From: Leucoraja erinacea
Taxonomy: Eukaryota
Reading direction: 5' to 3'
NCBI RefSeq assembly: GCF_028641065.1
Contig: NC_073378.1
Coordinates: forward strand, 83,142,001 to 83,206,000
Length of the DNA: 64,000 nt
In this document: piece by piece, positions 38,155 to 51,994 of the stretch
Layout of the letters: every line of letters starts with the position of its first letter
Position numbering within the stretch: the stretch's first letter is position 1
The notes under the pieces: model-generated
Seen by the model: the letters and a program-made list of their open reading frames with translations, nothing else
Databases searched by the model: none
Told to the model about the DNA's origin: nothing
Program-made: the position numbers and the translations under genes

Positions 38155-39405
38155 GGAAAGGAGAAATTGTAATTGTTAACTTCCAGTACTAAGTGCCATT
38201 ATAACTCGTTTAATTGTATGTTAATTGGAATTGTTGTGGGGGTCATAAACATTTGTAGAAAATTCCCCTGATGATTTTACCTGCATTTGCCATTGAAACA
38301 AAAACATATTTCTAGCAAGATGTCAGCAAAAACAGATATGAAAGGAAAATTAATATTTTGTATTTTTATTAATATTCAACAGAGGTGATTTCTTGTGTAA
38401 CCATATTTAGCAATGTTTTCAACAAGCAGAGTAAATTTCCTTTATTTGCTTGATGTTTCTAGCAAAATTAGAAATGTCTTATTTTTGAAGGTGATTACAA
38501 TTTCATTAGAAATACCAATGAGAAGGAAATGTTTCTGCATTTGTCATGAGGTTGCTCTGCACAGCAGCCAAAGGAAATCATCCTCATTGGCTTTTGCTGT
38601 TAATTGTCATGCTGTTTCTTCTTGTTTGCCTGAGGCATAAACATCACAAAACAAAATGCCATTTATATCTTCTATAATGTACAAAAAGGTGCAAGATTGG
38701 AATATAGTTGTGCCAAATGTCTCTTTTTTGCTTTTCATTTCCACTGATCAAACCTGGTAATAGCAATTCCTGACAAAATAAATCGTGCATCAATATGTTA
38801 CCAAAATAATTAATGGAATTTGTATCAACAGACACGTACGAGAATGGATTCAAACTTCTAAGGATTTTACGATGAAAGGAACTAGCAGCATCTTAATTTG
38901 AGGAAATTGGCAGAATGAAGTGCACATTCTCATCTGGTCCTGAGTTTTATATTTCTTTACGAGGATGAGAAAAAGTGAATAGCTAATATCTAATTAAAAT
39001 GTCAAAGGAAGAAAATATTGTATAGGCATAACATGCAACCTTCAAAACAGTGTGGAATATAATTTAATTAAAAGATAGTGTACGATTAGCAATATTTTAA
39101 TTGTTGCATGAGCACGTACACTCTGGGTGTTTGGATTTAAGATTTAATTTGAGTATTTACTCGGAAACTGGCTTCATGGAGTATCAGTTAATAGAACTGC
39201 ACTTTCCAACAGCAAACCAATAGGGCTATGAAAAATGTATAATAGCAAGAGTATAAAAGATGAATTGTAGGTTATGTATTTTCAATGACTCAAATAGGCC
39301 TGGAGTGCTATTAACTATTTTGATAGAAACGGATCCAAATTATTTTGAATTGGCATTTATTGTGTGTCATGAACAATTCTGTTTTCAACTAAACGTCAAG
39401 CTTAT

Positions 39406-39692
39406 AAGCCCTGTCCCACGGTACGAGTTCATTCCAAGAGTTCTCCCGAGTTTGCCCTGATTCGAACTCGGAGATTTACGGTAATGGCCACTCGTCGGTA
39501 CTCGGGGCTCTCGTGGACACTTTTCAGCATGTTGAAAAATCTTCACGAGTCTTCCCGTGCTTACCTGCCGTTAGCGAGTCTTCCCGAGTACTGACGTACC
39601 CGCTACGTTCATTCTCCGTGCTTACCACAAGTTTGATTTTTTTTTAACTCGGGGAAGCTCTTGGAATGAACTCGTACCGTGGGACAGGGCTT
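39406..39692. mobile_element. PIF/Harbinger-like MITE
   Basis: ~35-bp TIRs aagccctgtcccacggtacgagttcattccaagag; AT-rich 3-bp flanks. Confidence 0.85.
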
Positions 39693-41159
39693 TAAGTGAG
39701 TTGCAAGACTGAGCAGTTCTATGATAATATATTATTGCTGTCTATATAGATCCAATTATTTTAGTGAAAAACCTGATTTGAACAGGGGTCTGAAAATATA
39801 TTTTTATTTTAATTTTGTATTTAATTTTGTGCCAATTTGATCTTGCATGTGGAAATCTGAGCATTAAGGAATTGTTCTGTTCTGTACAATTTTCCACATG
39901 TTTTCACGTGGGAATTTGACTATATCATGCAATGGTAAAGCACATCTACACTCCAGTAGTTCAGAGTATGATCTGTGGCCGACGTACAATCTAAACTGTT
40001 AGAACAAATGGTAACTATTGGGAGGTTGGGATGACTTCATAAAACAGTGCAATACTTTAGTGCTTTATTAATGGGCATTAGCTCCAAGACATTAATGATT
40101 TTTTTTCATGTTTTACATTTACAGTCTGTAAACCCTACACTATCTACTGTGAAACTCTGCTAACAAAAACCTATGACTGTGTAGAGTTTCATGTTGATGA
40201 AAAGCCTTGGCTACACTTTAATGACATCATTTGACAATTGACACCATCAGACCACAAAGTCTGAAAGTAGATGTGGGGATATCTAATTGAATGATACAGC
40301 ATAATAAAGTCTGCAAGAGACACACAGTTGTAACATAAGTAAACAAATACACACAGATCAGAATAAACAGGAACATTTTCAATGAAGTTCAAAACTCCTC
40401 TGACCATGGTCGAAGCCCAGTCTTATGCCCACATATTTTTTATTTTCATTTAAAAGACACAAATTAATAATTTCTCTTCTGAAGTTTCCTTTATTTCATT
40501 GCCACAATCAATTGAGGAAATAAGCAAAATTTATAATTGAAGTTGTGTAATATTGCCATTTATGAGAAGAAATACCACTTGTTCTCATCAGCAAAGCATT
40601 CCATTATATATGATGCTGAGCTTTGTGTGCTCATGACTTTGCTATGTCCAAACTGAATGTTTTGAATTTGTTGCTGATTTAGTATGTTAAAATTCACATC
40701 ATGCTAATTTTCATTTGTTTAGATTTCCTATGTGACCCTATGAGGATAAAAATCATTCTCTTTAAATTGTTTCCAAATAAATGGTGATGTCATCCTTCAT
40801 TTAATTACATTGCTTTGTAAAATGAGCTATTATTATCATCTTTTTGTTTTTTTCTTCACTGAAGAGTGGTAACTGGTAGCGGGTATAGGTTTTGAACTTT
40901 CAGTCTTTCCACATTATAGGCTGATCTACAGTACTTCCATAATTACCGCAGTTAAAATCTCAAAGGGTCCACATTTCTGAAAACTATTTTCTTTGAGTAC
41001 TTCAAGCATTATAAGCAAGAAAAAATAATGAGTTAGCTGACTTTCTTTGTAGGGCTGTTGGCCCCAGAGTAAGGTACACCAGCCTTATCAATTAATGAGG
41101 ATAAGGGGCTCATTCAGTGTGATAGGAGCTCGATGCATGAGATAGGTCTTTGCTATTAT

Positions 41160-41600
41160 CAGATAAGGCCTTTAACAGATTTCCACATAGCAACTTGTCC
41201 AAAGGATAAGAGCCCATGGGGTCTAAGGCAATTTGGATGTAAAATTGTCTTGGTATAAACAACCTGGATGAGGGTGTCGGAAGCAGAGAGTGATGGTTGT
41301 TGTTTTTTTGTTGTTCTGTTGATCAGAAGCTTGCGAATAGTGGTGTAACCCTTATATACAAATGGCCTGGGTGTGACGTTAGTAAATATGATCAGTAAGT
41401 TCACAGATGCCACAGCAGCTGGTGGTGTTATGGACAGTGAGGAGGGTTGTCTTCAGTTGTTGAACAATATTGATCAGTTAGGAAGGAAATTGGCTGATGG
41501 AATTTAATTCTTTAAAAATGTGAGGTGTTATATTTTGAAAGGACCAGTAAGATAAAGCAAGGCAGGACTCTGAATAATTGAGGGTCAGAAGGAACTTGAT
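41160..41600 (+). mobile_element. Old CR1 RT fragment
   Basis: aaggcctttaacagatttccacat (KAFxxxPH-like); atcagtaagttcacagatgccaca (ISKFxDxT-like). Confidence 0.6.
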
Positions 41601-41608
41601 GTATTTAA

Positions 41609-41975
41609 AGGGCCTGTCCCACCAGCATACGACTGCATGAGGCAAGCGCGACCAAGCCGGAAGCGGGGGCCGCGCGGAGGTCGAGTGAGTGACGTGAAGT
41701 TCGAGCGAAGTCTGCAGGAAGTTCGCGTGTGACGTACGGCGTCAAGACGCTGCGTATGCCCGTCGAGACAGCTGCGATCCGGCAGGCTGTTGCCGCGCAG
41801 AATTTTTGAACACTGTCAGTTTTCCGGAGCCCCGCGCGATGTCGAGACCAGCCCCGCACAACTCCATACGGCTCCGGCGATCGAAGTGGGAACGGCCTTG
41901 CAAGGCCATACGGCTCAAGCCACCACGTTAGGTTGCGCTTGCCACATGCAGTCGCATGATCGTGGGACAGGCCCT
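41609..41975. mobile_element. PIF/Harbinger-like MITE
   Basis: TIRs agggcctgtcccaccagcatacgactgcatg / catgcagtcgcatgatcgtgggacaggccct; taa/tta flanks. Confidence 0.85.
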
Positions 41976-41980
41976 TTATA

Positions 41981-42206
41981 TTTCTTAGAGATACAACATG
42001 GAAACAGTCTCTTCGGCCCACCAAGTCCACATGGACTATCAATCACCCATTCACACTTGTTCTATGTCACTCCACTTTCTCATCTGTTCCCGACTCAAAG
42101 GGCAATTTACCAAAGCCAATTTAACCTACAAACCCACATGTCTTTGGGATGTGGGAGGGAACTGGAGCACTCACGTGGCCACAGGGAGAACATACAAACT
42201 GCACAC
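41981..42206 (-). mobile_element. HE1-like V-SINE fragment
   Basis: Reverse complement of the tail and V-domain. Confidence 0.75.
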
Positions 42207-43415
42207 TGGGATAGAAGGCAGAGTGTGTGGAAATGCGATTAATATGCATGGGTACTTGACAGCTGCCATGGACTTTGCAGGCAAAGACGCTGTTTCCAGG
42301 CTTTATACTCCATGGCTCTATTATGTAGATTATGCTAACAAGCTTTCAGAAGCCAGTCATGATAAGCATTCCTTCACAATCCTTAGCATCTATCCTATGG
42401 GGTAAAAATTCTGCATAACTTGATCCAACCTAAGATTCTACCCTATCAGTTGCTGGGATGTGACTTTACAATCTCAAACTCGCCAAACCCACGAATAAAT
42501 CTGCAGATTTTTATATGATTTGCCATTCTCTCGTATGCTAATTATGCAGCTACATAAAAAGGTGGCTGCGAAGGAGAGAGATGAACTTGTCCAGAATATC
42601 AATATCACATCATTTATCCTATTTCTAGGCATATCCCTTAAGTGTGAAATTCAATTTGATGACCTCTATGCATGAAGTGCAGTCAGATAAATTTTTCTCT
42701 TCTGATTTTTAAAACCCAATTCTTGTATTTCCTGGTAGTCATGACCCTGCTCGTATTGTAAGTTATTAATGATTTACAATAGACTTTAAAGATTTATCTT
42801 GTGGTTATACAAATATTGTAGAATTCATAAGCATCTAAGTCCAGGTTTATATAGAACAGACTTTTTACATCGCGCTTTCACAAGCATTTGTGTCCACTGA
42901 TACTGGTGAATGGCATGACACATTGTAGAAGTTATGTCCATCTCCAGCTTAACTATATACTTATATATTGCTATCTCTTCCCCATAACCTTGTATTTCCA
43001 TGTTGAGTGGAAATCTATCCATCAAAACACTGAAATCTGTGCAATGATTCTTCCTCTGCAGCTTCTTGTGTTAGAGAATTCCAAGGATTTGTGATGATCA
43101 GAGGGAAGGTGGTCATCTCTGATAGTCATCACTACTTTTTTTGGAGGGCCTTAATGCACAAGATGTCGCTTTTCCCTCCCTTCCATGCCATCTTGACTAA
43201 GACCCCTCTCCACTGTGATCTCATGCTACCTTCAACTGAGAACTGGAGACCCATCTCAGTTTCTTTCTTCACTCTGCAATGGTGGAGATGGGGAGAATTG
43301 GCCTTTGCACGCACAAAGTGTTAAAGGACAATTGTATTGTGCATGGTACTTGGGCCTCTTGTTCAATAGAATATTGCAATAAAGAGCCATGTTGAAAACT
43401 GTGATGTTTCACCAT

Positions 43416-44858
43416 GCGTGCGGGTAGTGAGCAGCGTGTGGGTAGTGAGCAGAGTGCGGGTAGTGTGGGTAGTGAGCAGAGTGCGGGTAGTGAGCAGAGT
43501 GCGGGTAGTGAGCAGAGTGCGGGCAGTGAGCAGCGTGTGGGTAGTGAGCAGCGTGTGGGTAGTGAGCAGAGTGGGTAGTGAGCAGCGTGTGGGTTGTGAG
43601 CAGTAGGCAGTGTGCGGGTAGTGAGCAGAGTGCGGGTAGTGAGCAGAGTGTGGGCAGTGAGCAGAGTGCGGGTAGTGAGCAGAGTGCGGGTAGTGAGCAG
43701 AGTGCGGGTAGTGAGCAGAGTGTGGGTAGTGAGCAGAGTGTGGGTAGTGAGCAGAGTGGGAGTGAGCAGAGTGGGTAGTGAGCAGAGTGCGGGTAGTGAG
43801 CAGAGTGCGGGTAGTGAGCAGAGTGCGGGTAGTGAGCAGAGTGCGGGTAGTGAGCAGAGTGCGGGTAGTGAGCAGAGTGCGGGAGTGAGCAGAGTGCGGG
43901 TAGTGAGCAGAGTGGGAAGTGAGCAGTGCGTGGGTAGTGAGCAGAGTGGGTAGGGTAGTGAGTAGTGTGGGGTAGTGAGTGCGGGTAGTGAGCAGAGTGC
44001 GGGTAGTGAGCAGAGTGCGGGTAGTGAGCAGAGTGCGGGTAGTGAGCAGAGTGCGGGTAGTGAGCAGTGTGCGCGTAGAGAACAGAGTGCGGGGAGAGAA
44101 GAGAGCGGGTAGTGAGCAGAGTGCGGGTAGTGAGCAGAGTGGGAGGTGAGCAGAGTGCGGGTAGTGAGCAGAGTGCGGGCAGTGAGCAGAGTGGGAAGTG
44201 AGCAGAGAGCGGGTAGTGAGAAGAGTGCGGGTAGTGAGCAGAGTGCGGGTAGTGCGGGTAGTGAGAGAGTGCGGGTAGTGAGCAGAGTGCGGGTAGTGAG
44301 CAGAGTGCGGGTAGTGAGCAGAGTGCGGGTAGTGAGCAGAGTGCGGGTAGTGAGCAGAGTGCGGGTAGTGAGCAGAGTGGGTAGTGAGCAGAGTGCGGGT
44401 AGTGAGCAGAGTGCGGGTAGTGAGCAGAGTAGTGAGCAGAGTGTGGTAGTGAGCAGAGTGCGGGTAGTGAGCAGAGTGCGGGTAGTGAGGAGAGTGGGAA
44501 GTGGGCAGCGTGCGGGTAGTGAGCAGAGTGGGTAGTGAGCAGAGTGCGGGTAGTGAGCAGAGTGGGAAGTGAGCAGAGTGCGGGTAGTGAGCAGAGTGCG
44601 GGTAGTGAGCAGAGTGCGGGTAGTGAGCAGAGTGGGAAGTGAGCAGAGTGCGGGTAGTGAGCAGAGTGCGGGTAGTGAGCAGAGTGGGAAGTGAGCAGAG
44701 TGCGGGTAGTGAGCAGAGTGGGTAGTGAGCAGAGCAGAGTGCGGGTAGTGAGCAGAGTGCGGGTAGTGAGCAGAGTGCGGGTAGTGAGCAGAGTGGTAGT
44801 GAGCAGCAGAGTGCAGAGGGTAGTGAGCAGAGTGTGCAGAGTGCGGGTAGTGAGCAGT
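43416..44858 (+). repeat. 18-bp minisatellite GGGTAGTGAGCAGAGTGC, roughly 80 units
   Basis: Read directly; 16-bp variant units are interspersed. Confidence 0.97.
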
Positions 44859-44859
44859 G

Positions 44860-45736
44860 TGCAAGCTGCTTCTGCAGCGACCAGCGCGACAAGCCAGAAG
44901 CTGTTAAGTTGAACCAGAGGCCTCTGAGTAAAGTTGGAGGGGTACTGGGAGCTGCTGCATGGGGCCGAAAGCTGAAGGTGCGGGGTGAGCAGAGTGTGGG
45001 GTGAGCAGAGTGCGAACTGTGTCTGCTGCGATCAGCCCCCCCCCACACAAGTTGAACCCCCCTGAGTAAAGTTGGAGTGGTACCCCCCCCCACCCGAAAC
45101 CACACCCCCAGTGTGGGGTGAGCAGAGTCCCCCTCCCTCACACCCCCCCCCCACACTGCCCCCACCCCCCTATCCCACCCCCCCTTCCCCCATACCCCCT
45201 TCCCCACATCCCCCTCCCCCACACCCCCCCCCCCCCCTCCCCCGCCCCCCCCTATCCCACACCCCCCTCCCCCATACTTCCCCCCCCCCCACACACACCC
45301 CCTCCCCCATCACCCCTCCCCACACCCCACTCCCCCTGCCCCCCACCCCCCCCCCCCCACACTCCCCCCCCCCCACACACCCCCTCCCCATCACCCCCCC
45401 CCACACTCCTCCTCCCCCACCCTCCCACACACCCCCGCCCCCACATACCCCCACCCCCCCCACACACCACGCTCTGCCCCCACCTCCACCCCCCTGCTCA
45501 CACACACACCCACACCCCTCCTCCCCTCCAATACATGGAGAGGAAGGGCGGAGGAGTGCTGGGGGATGAGGGGAAATGAGACGCGCCAGCGCAGTGAGTT
45601 GTGGAATATTGCTTTGGGGGAACGGGTTGCGTTGGTGGAACAGGTGAGTGGTGGAATATTGCGTTGGGGAATGGGTTGCGTTGGGGGGACCAGGCCTCCC
45701 ATGTGACTGGGACCTAATGGGTCCCACTTAGTCTTG
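44860..45736 (+). mobile_element. Helitron 3' portion
   Basis: 45590-45736 is the reverse complement of 17018-17125; gggacctaatgggtccc hairpin + acttagtCTTG (CTAG variant); left boundary uncertain. Confidence 0.6.
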
Positions 45737-46439
45737 TTGTATTTCAAAACAGGAAATCTATGATACCTGAGAGCTTTTGTTCTGCGATATAAAGTCATGT
45801 TTGATTCTTTGAGAGTCCTGAGCTGTGAGGTGTATATTGCCCTCTTACTAAGTGTGATCAGTGAAACCGTGGTTAATCATCTACTGATGCCAGATAGTTC
45901 CCGGGCATTATAAAAGAGCAGCAATAAAAGTGTCCATTATGGAAAGAATTCTAGTCTGACTGATTCACTCACCTATGGCTCTGTTTCAGTGGCCATAACC
46001 AGTAATTGATTAGTTTATTATTTTAGTGGAACAGAGCAGAGCACTTTCACAGCCTAACACAATCAGACCCCTATCTATTGGGACCATGGAAGCATCTGTA
46101 ATCTCTTATCAATTATTTATGTCCTCTTCCTAATTTTTCCTTTGTTTTTATAATTCCTTTCCCTGTATGACTGTTCCAATGTGACGCTACTGTATTTGGA
46201 ACTGTAAGAGGGTGAATTGTCCATGATTTCCTCCATAATCCCTGATGCCTATGTGTTGCTTTAGAAATCAGAGCAGAACCTACTGAGATCAGGACAATCT
46301 GGATGGGCCATTAGTACAATCAGTTGTGTGATAACCTACTAGCCAGGTAAAAATGCCAAGGTAATGTGAACTTGCCATGTCACTCTATAGTCAAAATTGA
46401 TCCTTCTTTGATGTTTAGTTTTGTTTAAAGAATTATATG

Positions 46440-46701
46440 TTTAAAGAAAGAAGGAGGCATATCCTTTTCAATTTCTCTCTTTTTTCTCTTTTTCTCTCCT
46501 CTATTCTTTTTCTTTTTGCTTATTTCACATCACCTTGTTTTCTTTTTCGAGCTATATAATATTTTCTCTATATATATATTTCTTGCTTTTCTTACTCTTC
46601 TTTTCTATTATTAAATTTAAAATAAGAAGTTGTACATGAAATGTAATATGTTATTTATCTTATTATTGTACATCACTTCTAATAAAAATATTTAAAAAAA
46701 A
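46440..46701 (+). mobile_element. 5'-truncated poly(A) retroposon (L1-like 3' UTR)
   Basis: AATAAA + A tail; 13-bp TSD aaagaattatatg (46427-46439, 46702-46714) at a TT|AAAG site. Confidence 0.8.
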
Positions 46702-47992
46702 AAAGAATTATATGCATTCGTATTTTTAAATATTCCTTATATTAAGGGTTAAATTATTGAATTATTGGTTTAGTGATTATGTACTTGTATTTAGTACAGG
46801 ATTTATTAGTAATATGTTGGTTCAGTGATATGTACAGGTATTTAGAATATAATTTGTAAACTATATTCAGTGAGGATTATATGTAACATTAAGCAGTGAT
46901 TGAGGCTGAGGGCTGAAGGGCACGATTGAATCAGGAAATATAGGCTTTACTGACAGCACAGTCTGTCTGACCCCCTGACTTTGGATTTTACTATCCATAG
47001 GGTCAGGTATGAATGCTGCAAACAATTCTTACTTCAATGCAGTCCGGTATACAGGCTGAAATTTATTTAAAAAGCGTTTTGATCCATTTTTGTACAGGCG
47101 GACATTATGATGTCATATCTGTCTCTGTTGCTACTGACATCACTCACTATAGACTGGCTCCCACTGATGTTAATTAGAGACAGATAATGAAAACCATCTT
47201 CTCACATGTGACAGCTCTTCAACCCGATCTGAAAAATATGAGCAATTAAATGTGGCGGCACCCACTATATTATTTATAGTTTAACTGTGGTGCTGCTGAA
47301 TTGGAGGTGCTTATTAGCTGTATTATTTGGCCTTGTAATTAGCTTTACTCAACTGTATCGGCTAATTAATGGGTCAGCTTCTTTGGTAGCACTCTTGCTT
47401 CTAAGTTAGGAGGTAATGGGTTCAGCTCCCACGGCTGGATTTTTTTAAACATAATTCACGCTGACATTGTTGGTGTATCTATACGCTAGGCCAGTCACTG
47501 GGAACTAAACAAAGGAGCCCTCAAAAATGGCTATGGAATAAGAGTGTGCAATTGCTCCATGCCTATACAAAAGGTTTACAGGCAGCACACCATCTTTGTG
47601 CTGCCTGCTGTTTTTATGATTGATATGTGCTGCAAAGGAAAAGTGGCTCTTTTGTCTGCATACATCAACCATGAGCTGATATCATTAGTTCCTATAGTTG
47701 TTTTAAGCCGTTAAAATCTGCTGTACTTTTCAGCGCGAATATGCACAGTAATTACTGGAGATGCTAACTTTGTGCTGGACAGTGCAGTGCAGCATAAAAA
47801 TAATCAATGGCTGACTGTTGAAGAGAAGGTACATGGAAATTTTACTACACTAAACTTGATGAAGGTGGAGAAATATCCAGTCTCCTTAGGGAAGTGCAAG
47901 ACTCTCCAAGTAACCTGTGTGAGTGGGAACAGAGAGCCACACTAGTTAAATACTAGTTATAAGGCCTTAGACTTGTATGCAGCTTTATAAAA

Positions 47993-48572
47993 TCGGCAGT
48001 GGTGGATCCTCGGAAGCAGTGAAGCAGCGGTGATGCCTCAGCAATGGCAATGGGGCCTTGTCGACAGCAGTGAGGCCTCAGCAGGGGTGGTAAAGCCGTG
48101 GTAGGAATGGTGACGCCTTGGCAGTGGCGGTGAGATCGCGCAGCGATGAGACTTCAGCAGCAGCTGTGAGGCCTTGGTGGCGGCGGTGAAGCTTTGGCGG
48201 CAGTGACGGTGAAGCTTCGGCGGCGGTGGTGGAGCCTCGGAACGATGGGACCTCGGCAGTGGTGAAGCCTCGCGGTGGCGGCGAAGCCTTGTGGGTTGGC
48301 CCGCAGTCGGCGGTCGATGAGAGCGTGGGGGGACCACTGTGAGGGAGGGGGAAGAGCAATGGGGAGTGAGGGAGGGAGGATAATGGAGGCTTGGGGGAAC
48401 CGCAATAGGGGAATGGGAGTAGGAGAGACGGAGAAGAACAAAGGAGGAGCCGGCGTATTTTGTAACTTTGTCAGTGCCATAGGTGGCCACTATTTGTATA
48501 CCTTGGATATGCAAGCAAAGAATTTCACTGTGCCTTGTCACATGTGATAATAAAGTATTCCTTCCCATTCCA
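47993..48572 (+). mobile_element. GC-rich short retroposon with Rex1-like tail
   Basis: Degenerate ~21-bp gcggtgaagcctcggc repeats, then aatttcactgtgccttgtcacatgtgataataaa. Confidence 0.55.
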
Positions 48573-49094
48573 TTGCAAAATGTTTAATAACTGAATTTGG
48601 CGAGTAAGGACTCATAAATGCCTTGTGCTAGAAATTGCATTTATAGCCCTGTGCCTTGCCCACTCGTCCATCACCCACCTACTGGAAATATCTATCAAGC
48701 AGAATCATCCACACATCTGCCAACAGCTAAATCAATCAATCAATCAATCATATTCCATGGTATTCACCATATGTTTCCCTCAAAAAAAATTAATGTACAG
48801 GAGCCAGGAACTATCTGGAGAGCAAGAGACATGCTTGCATGTCACTATCCCCATGGGGCAGATGAAGCTGGCTGCCATTAGTAGACCCATCAGTTCAGCT
48901 ATGGTTAATAGAGAGGCTGACTACATTAAAAGTAACCAAATCCTCTTATCTCATCCTCCTTCTCAGTGTCTCACTTCTTTCTCATTCAACAGTTTATTTT
49001 GATATACAAGCTGAAGATGGTGTGAGCTTCTAATTTCCTCCTTCTGCCCTTCACAAACTTATCCGTGCCTCCTTTCCTTGGCCAATACCCAGGC

Positions 49095-49675
49095 ATGCTG
49101 ACGGGGCTGGCGATGCATTACCGGGGATCGCCGTCTAGAGCCCGGAGTGCTGGGCCTGCGGCACCGACATCCTGGAGCTGTGGTTCGCGGAGCTCCCAAC
49201 GCGGGCGGCGCTGACAAACATCGTGAGGTCCTGCGACTCTGCCCGGCTCGGCCTGCGGACTCGGGAGCTGCGGACTCCGGTGGGAGGCGGCTGATCGGGA
49301 GGTTCGGGCCGCTGAGGAGGATTTTCACCATCGGGGTTTGGCGGCGACGTTCCATCAGCCCGGCCAGAGGGCCTGAGCATCGGGCCGCCCGGGGTGGCGA
49401 CTGCAGGTGCTCGGAAGGCCCCAACCACGGGTGAACATCTGGGAAGATCGGAGGGGAGGCTGGCTGGACTATGGTGCCTTCCTCACCTTGGTGCCATTGT
49501 GTTATGTTGTGTTGTGGACTTTCTGTGCTTTTTTAAAAAATTCTATCTTATTTTTAATATGTTTTATTATTTATATATTTATTTATTTTTATGATACTGA
49601 CTGTAAAGGGAAATTCATTTTGTTGTCTCTAATTGAGACAATGACAATAAATTTCAATACAATACAATACAATAC
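49095..49675 (+). mobile_element. GC-rich short retroposon with (caata)n tail
   Basis: CpG-rich body, then ttgtctctaattgagacaatgacaataaa + caatacaatacaatac. Confidence 0.55.
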
Positions 49676-49722
49676 ATATCAGGAAGGAGAAGGCAGTAGT
49701 GATGGAGATGCACCATCACTGA

Positions 49723-49996
49723 TTTTAGTTTTGAGATACAGTGTGGAAACAGGCCCTTCAGCCTTTCGAATTTGCTCTGACCAGTGATAGTTCTATGCTG
49801 AACATTAGGGGACAATTTACAGAAACAAATTAACCTACAATCCTATATGTCTTTAGTGTGTGGGAGGAAACTAGAGCACTCAGAGAAAACCCACACAGTC
49901 ACATGCAAACTCCATACAGACAGCACCTGTAGACTTAGTCAGGATCGAACCCCTGTCTCTGGTGTTGTAAGGCAGCAATTCTACAGTTGCGCCACT
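49723..49996 (-). mobile_element. HE1-like V-SINE
   Basis: B box (ggatcgaacc on plus), V-domain and tail, all in reverse. Confidence 0.8.
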
Positions 49997-51994
49997 CGCA
50001 TCCCATCGTCCGTACTGGTACCGGCGCTGCACCAAATGTAGAGAATAGAATTAGATTTTCACAGACAGACTATGGAAGATATTAAAGGGTCAGCAAAATA
50101 AAATAGATGGTGCATTAGGAATCTTGCCAGAAAGCTTGAATTCAATGTCACGGAGCCTGGAGAAGTCCAAAAGTAATTTGGCACTGGATTTGGATTGTGA
50201 CACAAAGGCTATCTATCCTACTATTACATTGTGACCAATGTTATCAATGTACTTGTGAATCTAATCACAAAGTGGATTCTGATAAGTTCTCTATCTGTAT
50301 GGTGAAATAAAAGTATCAAGTTTCTTGTCACCTTTGACGGTGCCCCCTCCCTTGGATGTTGCTCTGATCCCATTCACTGGCTGACTGACCATGGAGAGGC
50401 CAATCCCCATCATCACTGTTAATAGCTGCCTCCAATTAGCTGGCATTTGTTTGGCCAATTGAACCTTGTCAGCCTACTTCCTATTAAACCCAGACATGCT
50501 GGCCGGAGGGAAGCAGGGGTGGTGGACAATGTGGTAGTGTGTCCCTGCTAGCTGTGTTCTCCTATTGCAGATTTGAGGAAGAATGAACCACTTGGACAAA
50601 CATAAGACCACCAGTGCCACTGTGTAGTGAAGATTATGTTGCTGGGAAGTAACCCTAGCCACACAGTGGCTCTACTGAGGCTAAGACTGAGTGGCTGAGG
50701 CAGGCTTGAAATGCCACAACTTCTTCCTGCTCTCAGACAATGAGGGACTGGACCCACACAGAGGCAAAGGATGGCCTCCGGGATAATCCAGAGACTGTCA
50801 GTGTCACCTCTTCAAGCCCAAAGCTGAGCTGCCAGGAAGAAAACTGAGACTGCCAGTGCCTCCACTCAAGGCAAGGGTGAGCTGTCGGGAGAAATCTAAG
50901 ATTGTCACTCCTCCTTTGAAGACCAGGACTGAGCTGCTGGGGCAATTCTGAGATTGCCATTGTCACTGCACATGGTCTATGACAGTGATGGACAGTGCCC
51001 TTATGTGGTCCTCAACTTTCTGACCATTGTAAATAAAATATCATGCCAGTTCACCCGCGAGTGCGGTGAGGGGCGGTGTGGTCATTGCCGAACCCATCAT
51101 CGACCCTGATGCCACACACCACATATGTAATATTACTGACAGTGCGATTTATAAGATTGGCTAGGGTTCTGACAATCCTACAGAACAAATTGCACAAATT
51201 CTTGTTAATGGAATAAATGTTGTATGGAGAATGATACAGAGAAAGCTTTTTAGTGAATGCTACAGCAAAGGTTGATCCAGAGAAATTTGTTCCTACGGGG
51301 AAATTCTATGAAAGGATTGTGAACTGTGCAATAGATGTACAACATCTAGAAGTGTATAGTTCATATGAAGACAGATATCTGAGTGGAGGCTGCTTCCATT
51401 TCTCATTAAATTGTTGAGGCATGAATGTTTAAGGAGGTGGTTCAAGAATTTGAAAATTAATTGGAAACTCACTTTAGACCTTTTGGCTTGGCCAGAACTG
51501 ATTGAAATAGACTGGGAGGAAGCCCGTTCAAGCAATTTTGTTAAGAGAGTGTGCAGATTGTAATTTAAAAAAACTATTTGAAATAGAAAGCATAAAGAAA
51601 GAGGGTGATTTTCTCAGATTTACGCACCTTCTAATCCCCAAATTAATTGTCAATAATAGTGTTCTGCAGAATAACCAAAGAATGCGAATAAAACCAGTAT
51701 TTAATTTCAATTTAAAATATATTCTATTTTTCTAGAAATTTACTTTGTCTTTGCCTCTAATTGCGTTGTCAAGAAAAGGGGGATATTTGAGGTTATTTTA
51801 TGATGTATAAAACCAACAGAGCTGAAACTTATTTAAGAGACACATTTTGTTTTAGAGATACACGAAGGACTACCTGAATGAAAATGATAAGTTAGTTGCA
51901 GTTTTATGAAAATAGATAAACAGCGATGGTAACACCACACAAGTGTTTTCTTCTTATAACATGCTTCAACCAAGACATTAAACAATGCTGCACA

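Noticed and set aside
43416-44858. Possible CRISPR-like array or strong G-quadruplex
   Set aside because: No unique spacers; GGG tracts are about 15 nt apart, so G4 support is weak.
43269-45294. 531-aa and 643-aa ORFs
   Set aside because: Stop-free translations of the 18-bp minisatellite, with frame switching between variant units.
46860-47350. Repeat-free stretch as a conserved enhancer
   Set aside because: Conservation cannot be judged without alignments.
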